Shown in pieces: positions 56,180 through 64,000 of a stretch of 64,000 nt of DNA (the first letter of the stretch is position 1; each line of letters starts with the position of its first letter). This DNA is from Thermoanaerobaculia bacterium (GTDB taxonomy: Bacteria; Acidobacteriota; Thermoanaerobaculia; Gp7-AA8), in the NCBI GenBank assembly GCA_035276475.1, contig DATELQ010000004.1, positions 12,154 to 76,153 on the forward strand, read 5' to 3'. The notes beneath the pieces were generated by a model. The model was not told the origin of the DNA. It made no database searches and saw nothing but the letters and a program-made list of their open reading frames with translations. Position numbers and translations under genes: made by a program.

Positions 56180-56830
56180 ATGCGAACGCTGGCGCTGCTG
56201 CTCCTGGCTGCCGCAATCCCCGGCTTCCCCTCAAAGCCCCAACTCCTCGGCGCCCGCTCCGCGCACTACGACCTTCGCGTCGCGCGCAGCCTCGTCTCGC
56301 CGCAGGAGGTGGCGTACGACGTCACCGTCGTCGACCTCGAGAGCGGCAAGACCGTGCTGAAGTCGCGCGTGACGGGCAAGCAGGCGGAAGCGATCGACGT
56401 CGATGGGCAAGAAGACATCCGCGTCCACCTCGGCTACACCGAGCATTTCTTCTCCGCCACCCTCACCGCGCGCGGCGTCGAAGAGCTGCGCACGTGGTGG
56501 CAGCTCGAGCCGCTGACGCCGCAGGTCATCCACGCGCCGGGCGCCTTCCGCGTCGGCGGCGAGGTCGCGCCGCCCATCGCCGTCCGCCGCGTCGAGCCGC
56601 TCTATCCCGAAGCCGCGCGGCGCAACGGCGTTCGCGGCAGCGTCGTCCTGCAGGTGCTCGTCGGGAAGGACGGGCGCGTCAAGGATGCCGTCGTCGTCCA
56701 AGGCTTGCCGTACGGCGTCGGCGACGCGGCGCTCGACTCCATCCGCAAGTGGGAATTCCGTCCGGCCACGCGCAACGGCGTACCGGTCGACGCCATCTTC
56801 GACATCACCTATAGCTTCAGAATGTGGTGA
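56180..56830 (+). CDS. TonB C-terminal domain protein, secreted
   Basis: Signal peptide; C-terminal 'YPEAARRNGVRGSVVLQVLVGKDGRVKDAVVVQGLPYGVGDAALDSIRKWEFRPA' TonB_C fold. Confidence 0.7.
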   Translation: MRTLALLLLAAAIPGFPSKPQLLGARSAHYDLRVARSLVSPQEVAYDVTVVDLESGKTVLKSRVTGKQAEAIDVDGQEDIRVHLGYTEHFFSATLTARGVEELRTWWQLEPLTPQVIHAPGAFRVGGEVAPPIAVRRVEPLYPEAARRNGVRGSVVLQVLVGKDGRVKDAVVVQGLPYGVGDAALDSIRKWEFRPATRNGVPVDAIFDITYSFRMW

Positions 56831-56837
56831 GGCACTC

Positions 56838-57527
56838 ATGCGAAAACTGCCGCTCCTCCTGCTCTTCGCCGCCCTCCCGACCTTCGCCGCAACTCTCGGC
56901 GCCCGCTCCGCGCACCACGAGCTGCGCCTCGAGCGCAACGTCGTCTCCGCCGAGCAGATCGCGTACGACGTCACCGTCGTCGATCTCGACAGCGGCAAGA
57001 CCGTCCTGAACGCGCACCTCAGCGGCAAGCCGGGCGAGGCGCTCGACGCCACCGGCGGCGACAAAGGCCAAGCCGTCCGCGTCCGCCTCGCCTATTCCGA
57101 GCACTTCTTCTCCGCGACCGTCAACGTCATCGACGGCAAGACCATCGTCGACGAGTTCCGCACCTGGTGGCAGCTCGAGCTCCAGCGCGCGGCACCCGCA
57201 GCAACACCGCCCAATGCCATGGCGCCGTACCGCGTCGGCGGCGACGTCAAGGCGCCGGTCGTCATGTACCGCGTCGCGCCGAAATACACCGCCGAGGCGC
57301 GGCAGAACCACACCAGCGGCATCGTCATCCTCGAGGCCATCATCGACAAGGATGGCCGCGTGAAGAACGCCGCGGTCTTGAAAGGCCTCCCCGACGGTCT
57401 CGACCAAGCGGCGCTCGACGCCGTCAAGCAATGGGAATTCCGGCCCGCCACCCTCGCCGGCCAGCCCGTCGAAGTCATCTTCAACCTCACCATCAACTTC
57501 AAGCTCGACGAACCGAAGGAGAACTGA
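56838..57527 (+). CDS. TonB C-terminal domain protein, secreted (tandem paralog)
   Basis: Same architecture as the upstream gene, ~50% identical by eye; start chosen inside ORF 56685..57527. Confidence 0.7.
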   Translation: MRKLPLLLLFAALPTFAATLGARSAHHELRLERNVVSAEQIAYDVTVVDLDSGKTVLNAHLSGKPGEALDATGGDKGQAVRVRLAYSEHFFSATVNVIDGKTIVDEFRTWWQLELQRAAPAATPPNAMAPYRVGGDVKAPVVMYRVAPKYTAEARQNHTSGIVILEAIIDKDGRVKNAAVLKGLPDGLDQAALDAVKQWEFRPATLAGQPVEVIFNLTINFKLDEPKEN

Positions 57528-59014
57528 TGCGACTGGCGTTTCTTTGTCTTGCGTTTGCCACCGCCGCCTCCGCGCAGCTCACTTCCGGCTACGTCGTTCG
57601 CACCGGCGTGCCGTTCCCCGTGGTCGCCGACGTCAACGGCGACGGCTTCGACGATCTGATCCAGGAGAAAAACATCCTGATCAACCGCAGCGCCACGTTC
57701 GACGAGCAGAAGATCACGCTGCGCGAGTACGAGCGCCTCTTCGGCGAGGCCGACGTCAACGGCGACGGTGTTCCCGACCTCCTCACCATCGATCAAAGCT
57801 ACAGCGCGCCGGGGCAGCCGGTCTATCGCCTTTACATCGGCAACGCGGCGCACACCTACTCGAAGTCGATCGTTGTCGCGTCCGGGCCGCGGCCGTACGT
57901 CGCCGACGTCGACGCCGACGGTAAGGACGACCTCGTCACCTTCGCCCCCGTCCGTCCCGACGGCATCCGCGAGATCGGCATGGACGTCGTCATCCTCCGT
58001 TCGCGCGGCGACGGCACGTTCGAGTCCCTCCCGCCGTTTCGCATTCCGACCGATCCGCAGCTCTATCCCGAGCCTCGCGTCCAGATCGGCGACCTCGATC
58101 ACGACGGCTTGCCGGACATGGTTCTGCGCTGCACCGAGGACCTCGTCATCCTGCACGGCCTCGGCGGCGGGCGTTTCGCGGTCGAGAGCCATTACATGCC
58201 GATGAACGACGAATTCGGCGGCTGGTCGACGCGCCTCGTGGACGTCGACGGCGACGGCAACCTCGACATCGCCGTGGCCGCGTGGCGCAGCATCCGCGTG
58301 TTCTTCGGCGACGGCCACGGGCACTTCCCGCGCGTCACCAAGACGGCCATCCCGAAACTGCACGAGGGCGACTACTGGCCCGGCGTCTACTACGACGATC
58401 ACACCCAACAGCCGCGCGACCTCGCCATTGGCCACTTCACCCGCAGCGATCGCAACCAGATCGCCGCCGGCATGCTCGAAGGCGACCTCGTCATCTTCGA
58501 CTGGGAGCAGGGAGCGCTGAAGGAAGTGTCGCGCACGCGCACCGAGTTCTGGGGCCTCGACATCCGCACCGGCGCGTTCCACGGCAAAGACGCGCTCGAC
58601 GATGTGTACGTCATGGGCACGCTGATCTGGGGCGATCCCTTCCCGCGGCCGCGCCTCTTCAACGGCACCTTGGGCGCGGCGACGATCGACGCACCGGCGC
58701 GGCGTCGCGCCATGGGCCGGCCGCCGGTGTTGGCCAGCGCGCTGCGCATCGAGATCAGCGGCGAATGCATCGATGACAGCGCCGATCTCTGGTCGTTCGC
58801 GCGCGATGGCGTCTTCGGCCGCTCCCAGCGCGGCGACACGACCATCGACGCCGCGTTCGACGGCGATCAGATCTACTTCCGCCTCGCGGCGCCGTTCCTC
58901 ACGTACGCGGCGCACGGCGTCCTCACCGGTTCCAACGGCTCGTACAGCGGCAGCGCAGCGGTCCAGACCAGCTGCGGCTGGAAAGCGATGACCATCACCG
59001 CCACCGCGGAGTGA
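57527..59014 (+). CDS. FG-GAP/VCBS repeat protein, secreted
   Basis: Signal peptide MRLAFLCLAFATAASA; repeated 'DVNGDGxxDL' calcium-binding FG-GAP motifs; ATGA overlap with upstream gene. Confidence 0.75.
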   Translation: MRLAFLCLAFATAASAQLTSGYVVRTGVPFPVVADVNGDGFDDLIQEKNILINRSATFDEQKITLREYERLFGEADVNGDGVPDLLTIDQSYSAPGQPVYRLYIGNAAHTYSKSIVVASGPRPYVADVDADGKDDLVTFAPVRPDGIREIGMDVVILRSRGDGTFESLPPFRIPTDPQLYPEPRVQIGDLDHDGLPDMVLRCTEDLVILHGLGGGRFAVESHYMPMNDEFGGWSTRLVDVDGDGNLDIAVAAWRSIRVFFGDGHGHFPRVTKTAIPKLHEGDYWPGVYYDDHTQQPRDLAIGHFTRSDRNQIAAGMLEGDLVIFDWEQGALKEVSRTRTEFWGLDIRTGAFHGKDALDDVYVMGTLIWGDPFPRPRLFNGTLGAATIDAPARRRAMGRPPVLASALRIEISGECIDDSADLWSFARDGVFGRSQRGDTTIDAAFDGDQIYFRLAAPFLTYAAHGVLTGSNGSYSGSAAVQTSCGWKAMTITATAE

Positions 59015-59475
59015 CGATGAAGCGCGACGTCAAGTTCAAGCTCAACGGAAAGCCGGTCGCCGTCGACACCGACGACCAGCGCGCCCTCCTTTGGGTCCTG
59101 CGCGGCGACCTCGAGCTCACCGGCACGAAGTACGCCTGCGGCGAAGGCATCTGCGGGGCGTGCAGCGTGGCGGTCGACGGCGTGGCCATGCGCTCGTGCC
59201 AGACGCCGCTCGCCGGCGTCGAAGGAAAAAGCGTGACCACGATCGAAGGTCTTGAGCGCGACGGCAAGCTCCACCCGCTCCAGCAGGCCTTCATCGACCA
59301 CGGCGCCTTCCAGTGCGGCTACTGCACCTCGGGGATGCTGATGAATGCGTGGGCGTTCCTGCAGAAGACGCCGCATCCGTCGCGCGCGGCAATCGTTGAG
59401 GAGATGGACGCGAACCTCTGCCGCTGCGGCGCGCACCAGCGCATCGTCTCGGCGATCGCGGAGGTGGCGAAGTGA
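59011..59475 (+). CDS. (2Fe-2S)-binding small subunit of a molybdenum hydroxylase (xanthine dehydrogenase/aldehyde oxidoreductase family)
   Basis: 'CGEGICGACSV' and 'CGYCTSG...CRCG' two 2Fe-2S cluster motifs. Confidence 0.9.
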   Translation: MTMKRDVKFKLNGKPVAVDTDDQRALLWVLRGDLELTGTKYACGEGICGACSVAVDGVAMRSCQTPLAGVEGKSVTTIEGLERDGKLHPLQQAFIDHGAFQCGYCTSGMLMNAWAFLQKTPHPSRAAIVEEMDANLCRCGAHQRIVSAIAEVAK

Positions 59476-61535
59476 ACGCGCTCGATCGCCGAACGTTCTG
59501 CAAGCTCGTCGGCGGCGGCGTGGTCGTCCTGGTCACCGCCAAGCCCGCGGAGCTCCTCGCGCAGCAGCGCCGCGCATACCCCGAAGACCTCAACGCCTAC
59601 CTGCGCATCGACGAGAACGGCCGCGTCACCCTCTTCTCCGGAAAGATCGAGATGGGACAGGGCGTGCACACGTCGCTGGCGCAGATGGCGGCCGAGGAGC
59701 TCGGCGTGCCGCTGGACGCGATCACGATGTGCATGGGCGACACCGACCAATGCCCATGGGACGCCGGCACGTGGGGCTCGCAGTCGACGCGGATGTTCGG
59801 CCCGGCCGTACGCGCGGCCGCCGCCGAGGCGCGCACGGTGATGCTGAAGCTCGCCTCAGAGACGTTGCGCGTGCCGCGCGAAACCCTGGTCGTACGCGAC
59901 GGCGTCGTCTCCGACGGCGCGAAGTCGATCACGTACGGCGAGCTCGCAAAAGGAAAGCAGATTGCCCGGCTCGTCGATGAGAAGGCCGTGCTCCGCTCCG
60001 TCAAGGACTTCACGGTCATCGGCAAGCCGACCAAGCGCGTCGACGGCCGCGAGAAAGTTACCGGCCGCGCCAAGTACGCGGGCGACATCCGCCTGCCCGG
60101 CATGCTCTACGCGCGCCTCCTCCGCCCGCCCGCGCACGGCGCCACGCGCACGGCGCTCGACACGGCGAAGGCGAAGGCGATGGACGGCGTCACCGTCGTC
60201 GAGCGCGACGACCTCGTCGCCGTGCTGGCACCAACGCCCGATGGCGCCGCCGAGGCGCTCTCGCTGATCAAGGCGGAGTGGACGAAGCCGTCCGCGGCGT
60301 TCGATCACGAGTCGGTCGCCGACTACTTTGTGAAGCACGGCGGCGCCGGTGACGTCCGGCATACGAAGGGCGACGTCGGCGCGGCCACGAACGCGATCGA
60401 GACGACGTTCCGCACCGGCTACCTCGCGCACGCGCCGATGGAGCCGCACACCGCGGCGGCGGAGTGGAAGGACGGCCGCGTGACGGTGTGGGCGTCGACG
60501 CAGAGCCCGTTCGGCACGCGCATGCGCGTCGCCCAATCCCTCGGCATCGACGAGAGCAAAGTCCGCGTGCTGACGCCGTTCGTCGGCGGCGGCTTCGGCG
60601 GCAAGAGCCCGGCGCCGCAGGCGGTCGAGGCGGCGCGCCTCGCGCAGATCGCCGGCAAGCCGGTGATGGTCGCCTACACGCGCGGAGAAGAATTCTTCTT
60701 CGACACGTTCGGCCCCGCGTCCGTCATCCGCGTCGTGTCGTCGGTCGACGATCGTGGCAAGATCGCGAGCTGGGACTACCACGTCTACGGCGCCGGCGAA
60801 CGCTCGTCCGAGGTCTTGTACGACGTGCCGAACGTGCGTCTTACGTCGTACGTGCCGCGCAGCTCGAATCTCCACCCGTTCGCCACCGGCCCGTGGCGCG
60901 CGCCCGGCGCGGGGATGAACGTCTTCGCGCGCGAGTCGCAGATCGACATCATGGCCGCGAAGGCGAAGGTCGATCCGCTCGAATTCCGCCTGCGGAACGC
61001 GACCGACGCGCGCTTGCGCAAAGTGCTGCAGACGGCCGCCGACGCGCTCGGATGGAAGCCGGGCGCGGGACCGACGGGACAAGGCCGCGCGATCGCCGCG
61101 AGCGTCGACGCCGGCACGTACTGCGCGCTCGCCGCCGAGGTCGCGGTCGACAAGAAGACGGGCGCCATCCAGGTGAAGCGCGTCGTCGCCGCGCAGGACA
61201 TGGGCATCGTCATCAATCCCACCGGCGCGAAGATGCAGATGGAAGGCTGCATCGCCATGGGCCTCGGCTATGTGCTCTCCGAGGAGCTGAAGTTCCACGG
61301 CGGCGACATCGCCGACCGCAACTTCGACACCTACGAGCTCCCGCGCTTCTCCGCCGTGCCGCGCATCGAGACGCTCCTGATCAAGAACGACGATCTGTCG
61401 CCGCAAGGCGGCGGCGAGCCGGCCATCGTGCCGATGGGCGCCGTCGTCGCGAACGCTGTCTTCGACGCCACGGGCGTGCGCATCGTGAGGCTGCCGATGA
61501 CGCCGGAGCGCGTGCTCGCAGCGATGAAGGCTTAA
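59472..61535 (+). CDS. molybdopterin-binding large subunit of the same hydroxylase (IorB/aldehyde oxidase-like), Tat-exported
   Basis: 'RRTFCKLVGGG' twin-arginine signal; 'GGGFGGK' MoCo-binding motif; ATGA-type coupling with small subunit. Confidence 0.9.
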   Translation: MNALDRRTFCKLVGGGVVVLVTAKPAELLAQQRRAYPEDLNAYLRIDENGRVTLFSGKIEMGQGVHTSLAQMAAEELGVPLDAITMCMGDTDQCPWDAGTWGSQSTRMFGPAVRAAAAEARTVMLKLASETLRVPRETLVVRDGVVSDGAKSITYGELAKGKQIARLVDEKAVLRSVKDFTVIGKPTKRVDGREKVTGRAKYAGDIRLPGMLYARLLRPPAHGATRTALDTAKAKAMDGVTVVERDDLVAVLAPTPDGAAEALSLIKAEWTKPSAAFDHESVADYFVKHGGAGDVRHTKGDVGAATNAIETTFRTGYLAHAPMEPHTAAAEWKDGRVTVWASTQSPFGTRMRVAQSLGIDESKVRVLTPFVGGGFGGKSPAPQAVEAARLAQIAGKPVMVAYTRGEEFFFDTFGPASVIRVVSSVDDRGKIASWDYHVYGAGERSSEVLYDVPNVRLTSYVPRSSNLHPFATGPWRAPGAGMNVFARESQIDIMAAKAKVDPLEFRLRNATDARLRKVLQTAADALGWKPGAGPTGQGRAIAASVDAGTYCALAAEVAVDKKTGAIQVKRVVAAQDMGIVINPTGAKMQMEGCIAMGLGYVLSEELKFHGGDIADRNFDTYELPRFSAVPRIETLLIKNDDLSPQGGGEPAIVPMGAVVANAVFDATGVRIVRLPMTPERVLAAMKA

Positions 61536-63988
61536 TGGTGTGAGAACGGCGGCTGCAGCGGCGTCACGTACACCACCGTCATCATCCCGCGGTCCTCGTG
61601 CGCCAGGATGTGGCAGTGCAGCACGAAGTAGCCGGCGTAGTCGACGAAGCGGCTGCGCATCTTGAAGTAGCCCGGCACCTGCACGGAGAGCGTGCCGCTG
61701 TTGACCACCCTCCCCGAGGGGATCGAGAACGTGTCCCGCCAGATCCGGTTCGCGGCCGGCTCCGTCGCGGCGCATGGCTTCCACGTCGCTTTGTTCGACG
61801 GGTCGAGCAGGCACTGCGCCGCCTCCTTCCGCTCGGCGCTGTCGAAGATGTACAGCGGATTCCCAGAGGGGAGCGTGACGTTCGGGTCGAACACCTCCAC
61901 GATCTGGAACGGATTGATGTGGATGTGGAACGGGTGCGCAATCGGCTTGAGGCCCTTGCCTCCCTGCGGGTAGGTCTCGTTCACGACCTTCCACTCCTCG
62001 ACCTGATTCAAGAGCACCGTGGCGCCGACTTCGCCGTCGAACTTCTTCCCGTCGATCGTCTGCTGCGACGGCCCGCTGGTGATCGGCTGGTTCGGCAGCG
62101 GCAGCAGCGGCGATGAGGCGAAAGTCAGCACCTTCGTTCCCTTCACCTCCCCCTCGCCGATGTCCGCGAGAAACGGCGGGAACGTCGGCGCGGCGGGGAG
62201 GAAGTCCATCGGCCGCTCCGTCCCCTCCACCTGCACGTTGAGCAGCGTGAGCTGCGTGGCCGCCGCGGTGCGGTCGCTCGGATCGACGGTGTTGTAGACC
62301 AGCACCGGATGGAGGTTCTTGGGCGGATCGGCGTCGAGCGGCGGCGCCTTGACCAAGAGATCGGCGCGGTTGCCGGCGGCCAGGAGGAAGCCCTGGGATT
62401 TGTTGGCCTGATAGTTCACGTCGTTGAACTGCACGCCGTCCTGGGCGAGCTGCTTCCACTGGAGCCCGGTGGGGGCGATGAAATACGCGCCGGCGCGCCC
62501 GGAGGTGTTGGCGATGCGCCACCACTGCACTTCGCCCGGCTTCATGCGGATGAACGGCTGCAGGCGCCCGTTGACCGAGAAGTACGGCCCGCCGATCGTG
62601 CCTCCGCCGCCGCCGGTCTCGAGGTTCGGCGTGACCCAGAGCTGATTGATGACCAGCACCTGCTCGGTGATGCCGTTCGGATAGGCCTTCTTGATCTCGT
62701 CGTCGTACGGCCCTTCCACGATCAGGACGCCGGTCATGCCGTTGCCGACGTTGATCGTCGTCGAGCCGTGCTTGTGGGCGTGATACCAGTGCGTCCCCGG
62801 CGCCTGTCCCATGATCAGCGGACGGACCGGCGACGGCGCCTCGTCGTGCTCCGCCGCGCCCGCCCCGCCGCTGTGCGTCGACGTCGTGGCCGTAGGCGGC
62901 GCGGGAGGCCAGGTGGACGCCGTGTAGACCGGGAAGCGGAAGCAGTAGGGGAACGCGCCGATGTAGTTCTGCGGGAAGGCGCCGTTCCTGATGGCCTGCA
63001 GGTTTTGCTTGTACCAGTCGGGGGCGTAGGTCTTGAGAAGATTGTCCTCCATCGTCCGCAGCGACTGCGGAAGGTCGGACCAGAAGCGCGGCCACTGCTG
63101 CGGAGCGCCGGGCTGATTGAGCTGGGCCTCGCACCTCTTGAAAAACTCGTCGAAGGGCGCCTTGACGCTGTTCATGGTCACGACCGGAATGCGCGCCGCG
63201 TCCTTCGAGCGCGGCGACGGCGCGATCTGCAGGAAGACGTTGTCGGCCGTCGAGCTCGGGCTGGTGTGCGTCCCGTGGAAGTGGACGTTCGTGAAGATCG
63301 ACTCGTGGAAACAGTCGGGCATCTTGTCGGCGGCCGGCCACAGCTTGGGGTCGCCGGGGTAGATCCTGCCCATGTTCACCTGGTCACACTGGTCCTTGTC
63401 GCTGTTCGGGAAGCGCAGGCTCTCGATCATGTTCATGAAGGTGAGCTCGACCAGATCGCCGAGGCGCGCGCGCAGCGTCGGCCCCGGCAGCGGGTTGGTC
63501 ACGGCGACGTCGGCGCCCTGGCTCGGCAGCGGATCCTTGCCGGCGATGTACGTGCGCACCCACTGCGGAGCGCAGTCGACGTTCTCGGGGCCGAGCGGTC
63601 CGGCCACGCGGTTTTTTCCCTTCACCGAGGCGATGCGCTGCTTCTGCCCGATCGTCACCAGCGTGCCGCGCAGCACGCCGTCGTCGCCGCGGCGGATCTC
63701 CGGAATCGGCACCAGCTCTTTGTTGAGGATGTCGCTGCAGGGGATGGTCTGCGCGCGCGCCGCCGTGCCGGCGAACGAGAGGAGGAGCGCCACCACGAGC
63801 GCCGTGAAGGTGATCGTCCCTCGCTCGCCCTTGTGATTGAGGCAGGTGTAGGTGACGCCGGTCTCGGTTCCGGCGGGAGTGGGGACGAGGTAGGAGCTCG
63901 ACGAGCTCCACGGCGCGATCGGATTCGTGATCGGGCTCCCGTCGACGGCAAGCTGATGCCCATCGCCGGTCTCGTTCGCCCAGCTCAC
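61532..63988 (-). CDS. multicopper oxidase (laccase-like); start codon uncertain
   Basis: Cu-site motifs 'HFHGTH','HWYHAH','HPFHIH','HCHILAHEDRGMM'; hydrophobic signal-like segment only ~60 aa after the first ATG. Confidence 0.85.
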   Translation of the reverse strand: MSWANETGDGHQLAVDGSPITNPIAPWSSSSSYLVPTPAGTETGVTYTCLNHKGERGTITFTALVVALLLSFAGTAARAQTIPCSDILNKELVPIPEIRRGDDGVLRGTLVTIGQKQRIASVKGKNRVAGPLGPENVDCAPQWVRTYIAGKDPLPSQGADVAVTNPLPGPTLRARLGDLVELTFMNMIESLRFPNSDKDQCDQVNMGRIYPGDPKLWPAADKMPDCFHESIFTNVHFHGTHTSPSSTADNVFLQIAPSPRSKDAARIPVVTMNSVKAPFDEFFKRCEAQLNQPGAPQQWPRFWSDLPQSLRTMEDNLLKTYAPDWYKQNLQAIRNGAFPQNYIGAFPYCFRFPVYTASTWPPAPPTATTSTHSGGAGAAEHDEAPSPVRPLIMGQAPGTHWYHAHKHGSTTINVGNGMTGVLIVEGPYDDEIKKAYPNGITEQVLVINQLWVTPNLETGGGGGTIGGPYFSVNGRLQPFIRMKPGEVQWWRIANTSGRAGAYFIAPTGLQWKQLAQDGVQFNDVNYQANKSQGFLLAAGNRADLLVKAPPLDADPPKNLHPVLVYNTVDPSDRTAAATQLTLLNVQVEGTERPMDFLPAAPTFPPFLADIGEGEVKGTKVLTFASSPLLPLPNQPITSGPSQQTIDGKKFDGEVGATVLLNQVEEWKVVNETYPQGGKGLKPIAHPFHIHINPFQIVEVFDPNVTLPSGNPLYIFDSAERKEAAQCLLDPSNKATWKPCAATEPAANRIWRDTFSIPSGRVVNSGTLSVQVPGYFKMRSRFVDYAGYFVLHCHILAHEDRGMMTVVYVTPLQPPFSHH

Positions 63989-64000
63989 CAGATCGTTGGC

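Noticed and set aside
59856-63341. 1161-aa minus-strand ORF
   Set aside because: Runs antisense across the molybdenum hydroxylase large subunit and into the MCO gene in the wrong frame. Arg-rich noise.

Overview
This is high-GC (~68-70%) bacterial chromosomal DNA. Its gene content, with DUF1549/DUF1553 and DUF1501 pairs, a PL8 polysaccharide lyase, GT39 membrane glycosyltransferases and TonB-C paralogs, suggests an Acidobacteria- or Planctomycete-like soil organism; I cannot confirm the phylum. Coding density is very high, and both strands carry long spurious antisense ORFs, as expected for this GC content. I called genes on recognisable protein motifs, signal peptides and ATGA/GTGA start-stop coupling. 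Most of the window is ordinary. Housekeeping genes: hemL, nth, cspA, ftsEX, a UvrD-family helicase, punA with a NupC transporter, ftcD, crcB, pepE. Envelope and polysaccharide genes: two GT39 genes, a GT4-WbaP pair, GT2, OmpA-like and TonB-C proteins, the PL8 lyase. Others: a VapBC toxin-antitoxin pair, a molybdenum hydroxylase small/large subunit pair, a multicopper oxidase. The most unusual locus is a translationally coupled minus-strand operon at about 47.0-55.3 kb. It encodes an 1810-aa multidomain GHKL-ATPase/GAF/histidine-kinase-like protein, a degenerate receiver-like protein, a retropepsin-like aspartic protease and a signal-peptide-less S8 subtilase. A stand-alone I9-propeptide-like ORF lies convergently against the subtilase. 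I flag this as a candidate undescribed protease-effector signalling or defence-like module. Other notable structures: a GIY-YIG nuclease gene flanked by 28-bp hairpin-forming terminal inverted repeats between ftcD and hemL; an ABC exporter operon bracketed by two low-GC repeat structures (an 8-mer-tandem long palindrome upstream, a MITE-like 21-bp tandem array with inverted repeats and a duplicated gene terminus downstream); and an XRE-HTH/TPR-like gene pair next to a small secreted-peptide gene whose Shine-Dalgarno sits in a hairpin. Coordinates of internal starts were derived by counting within ORF-track frames and may be off by a few nt.
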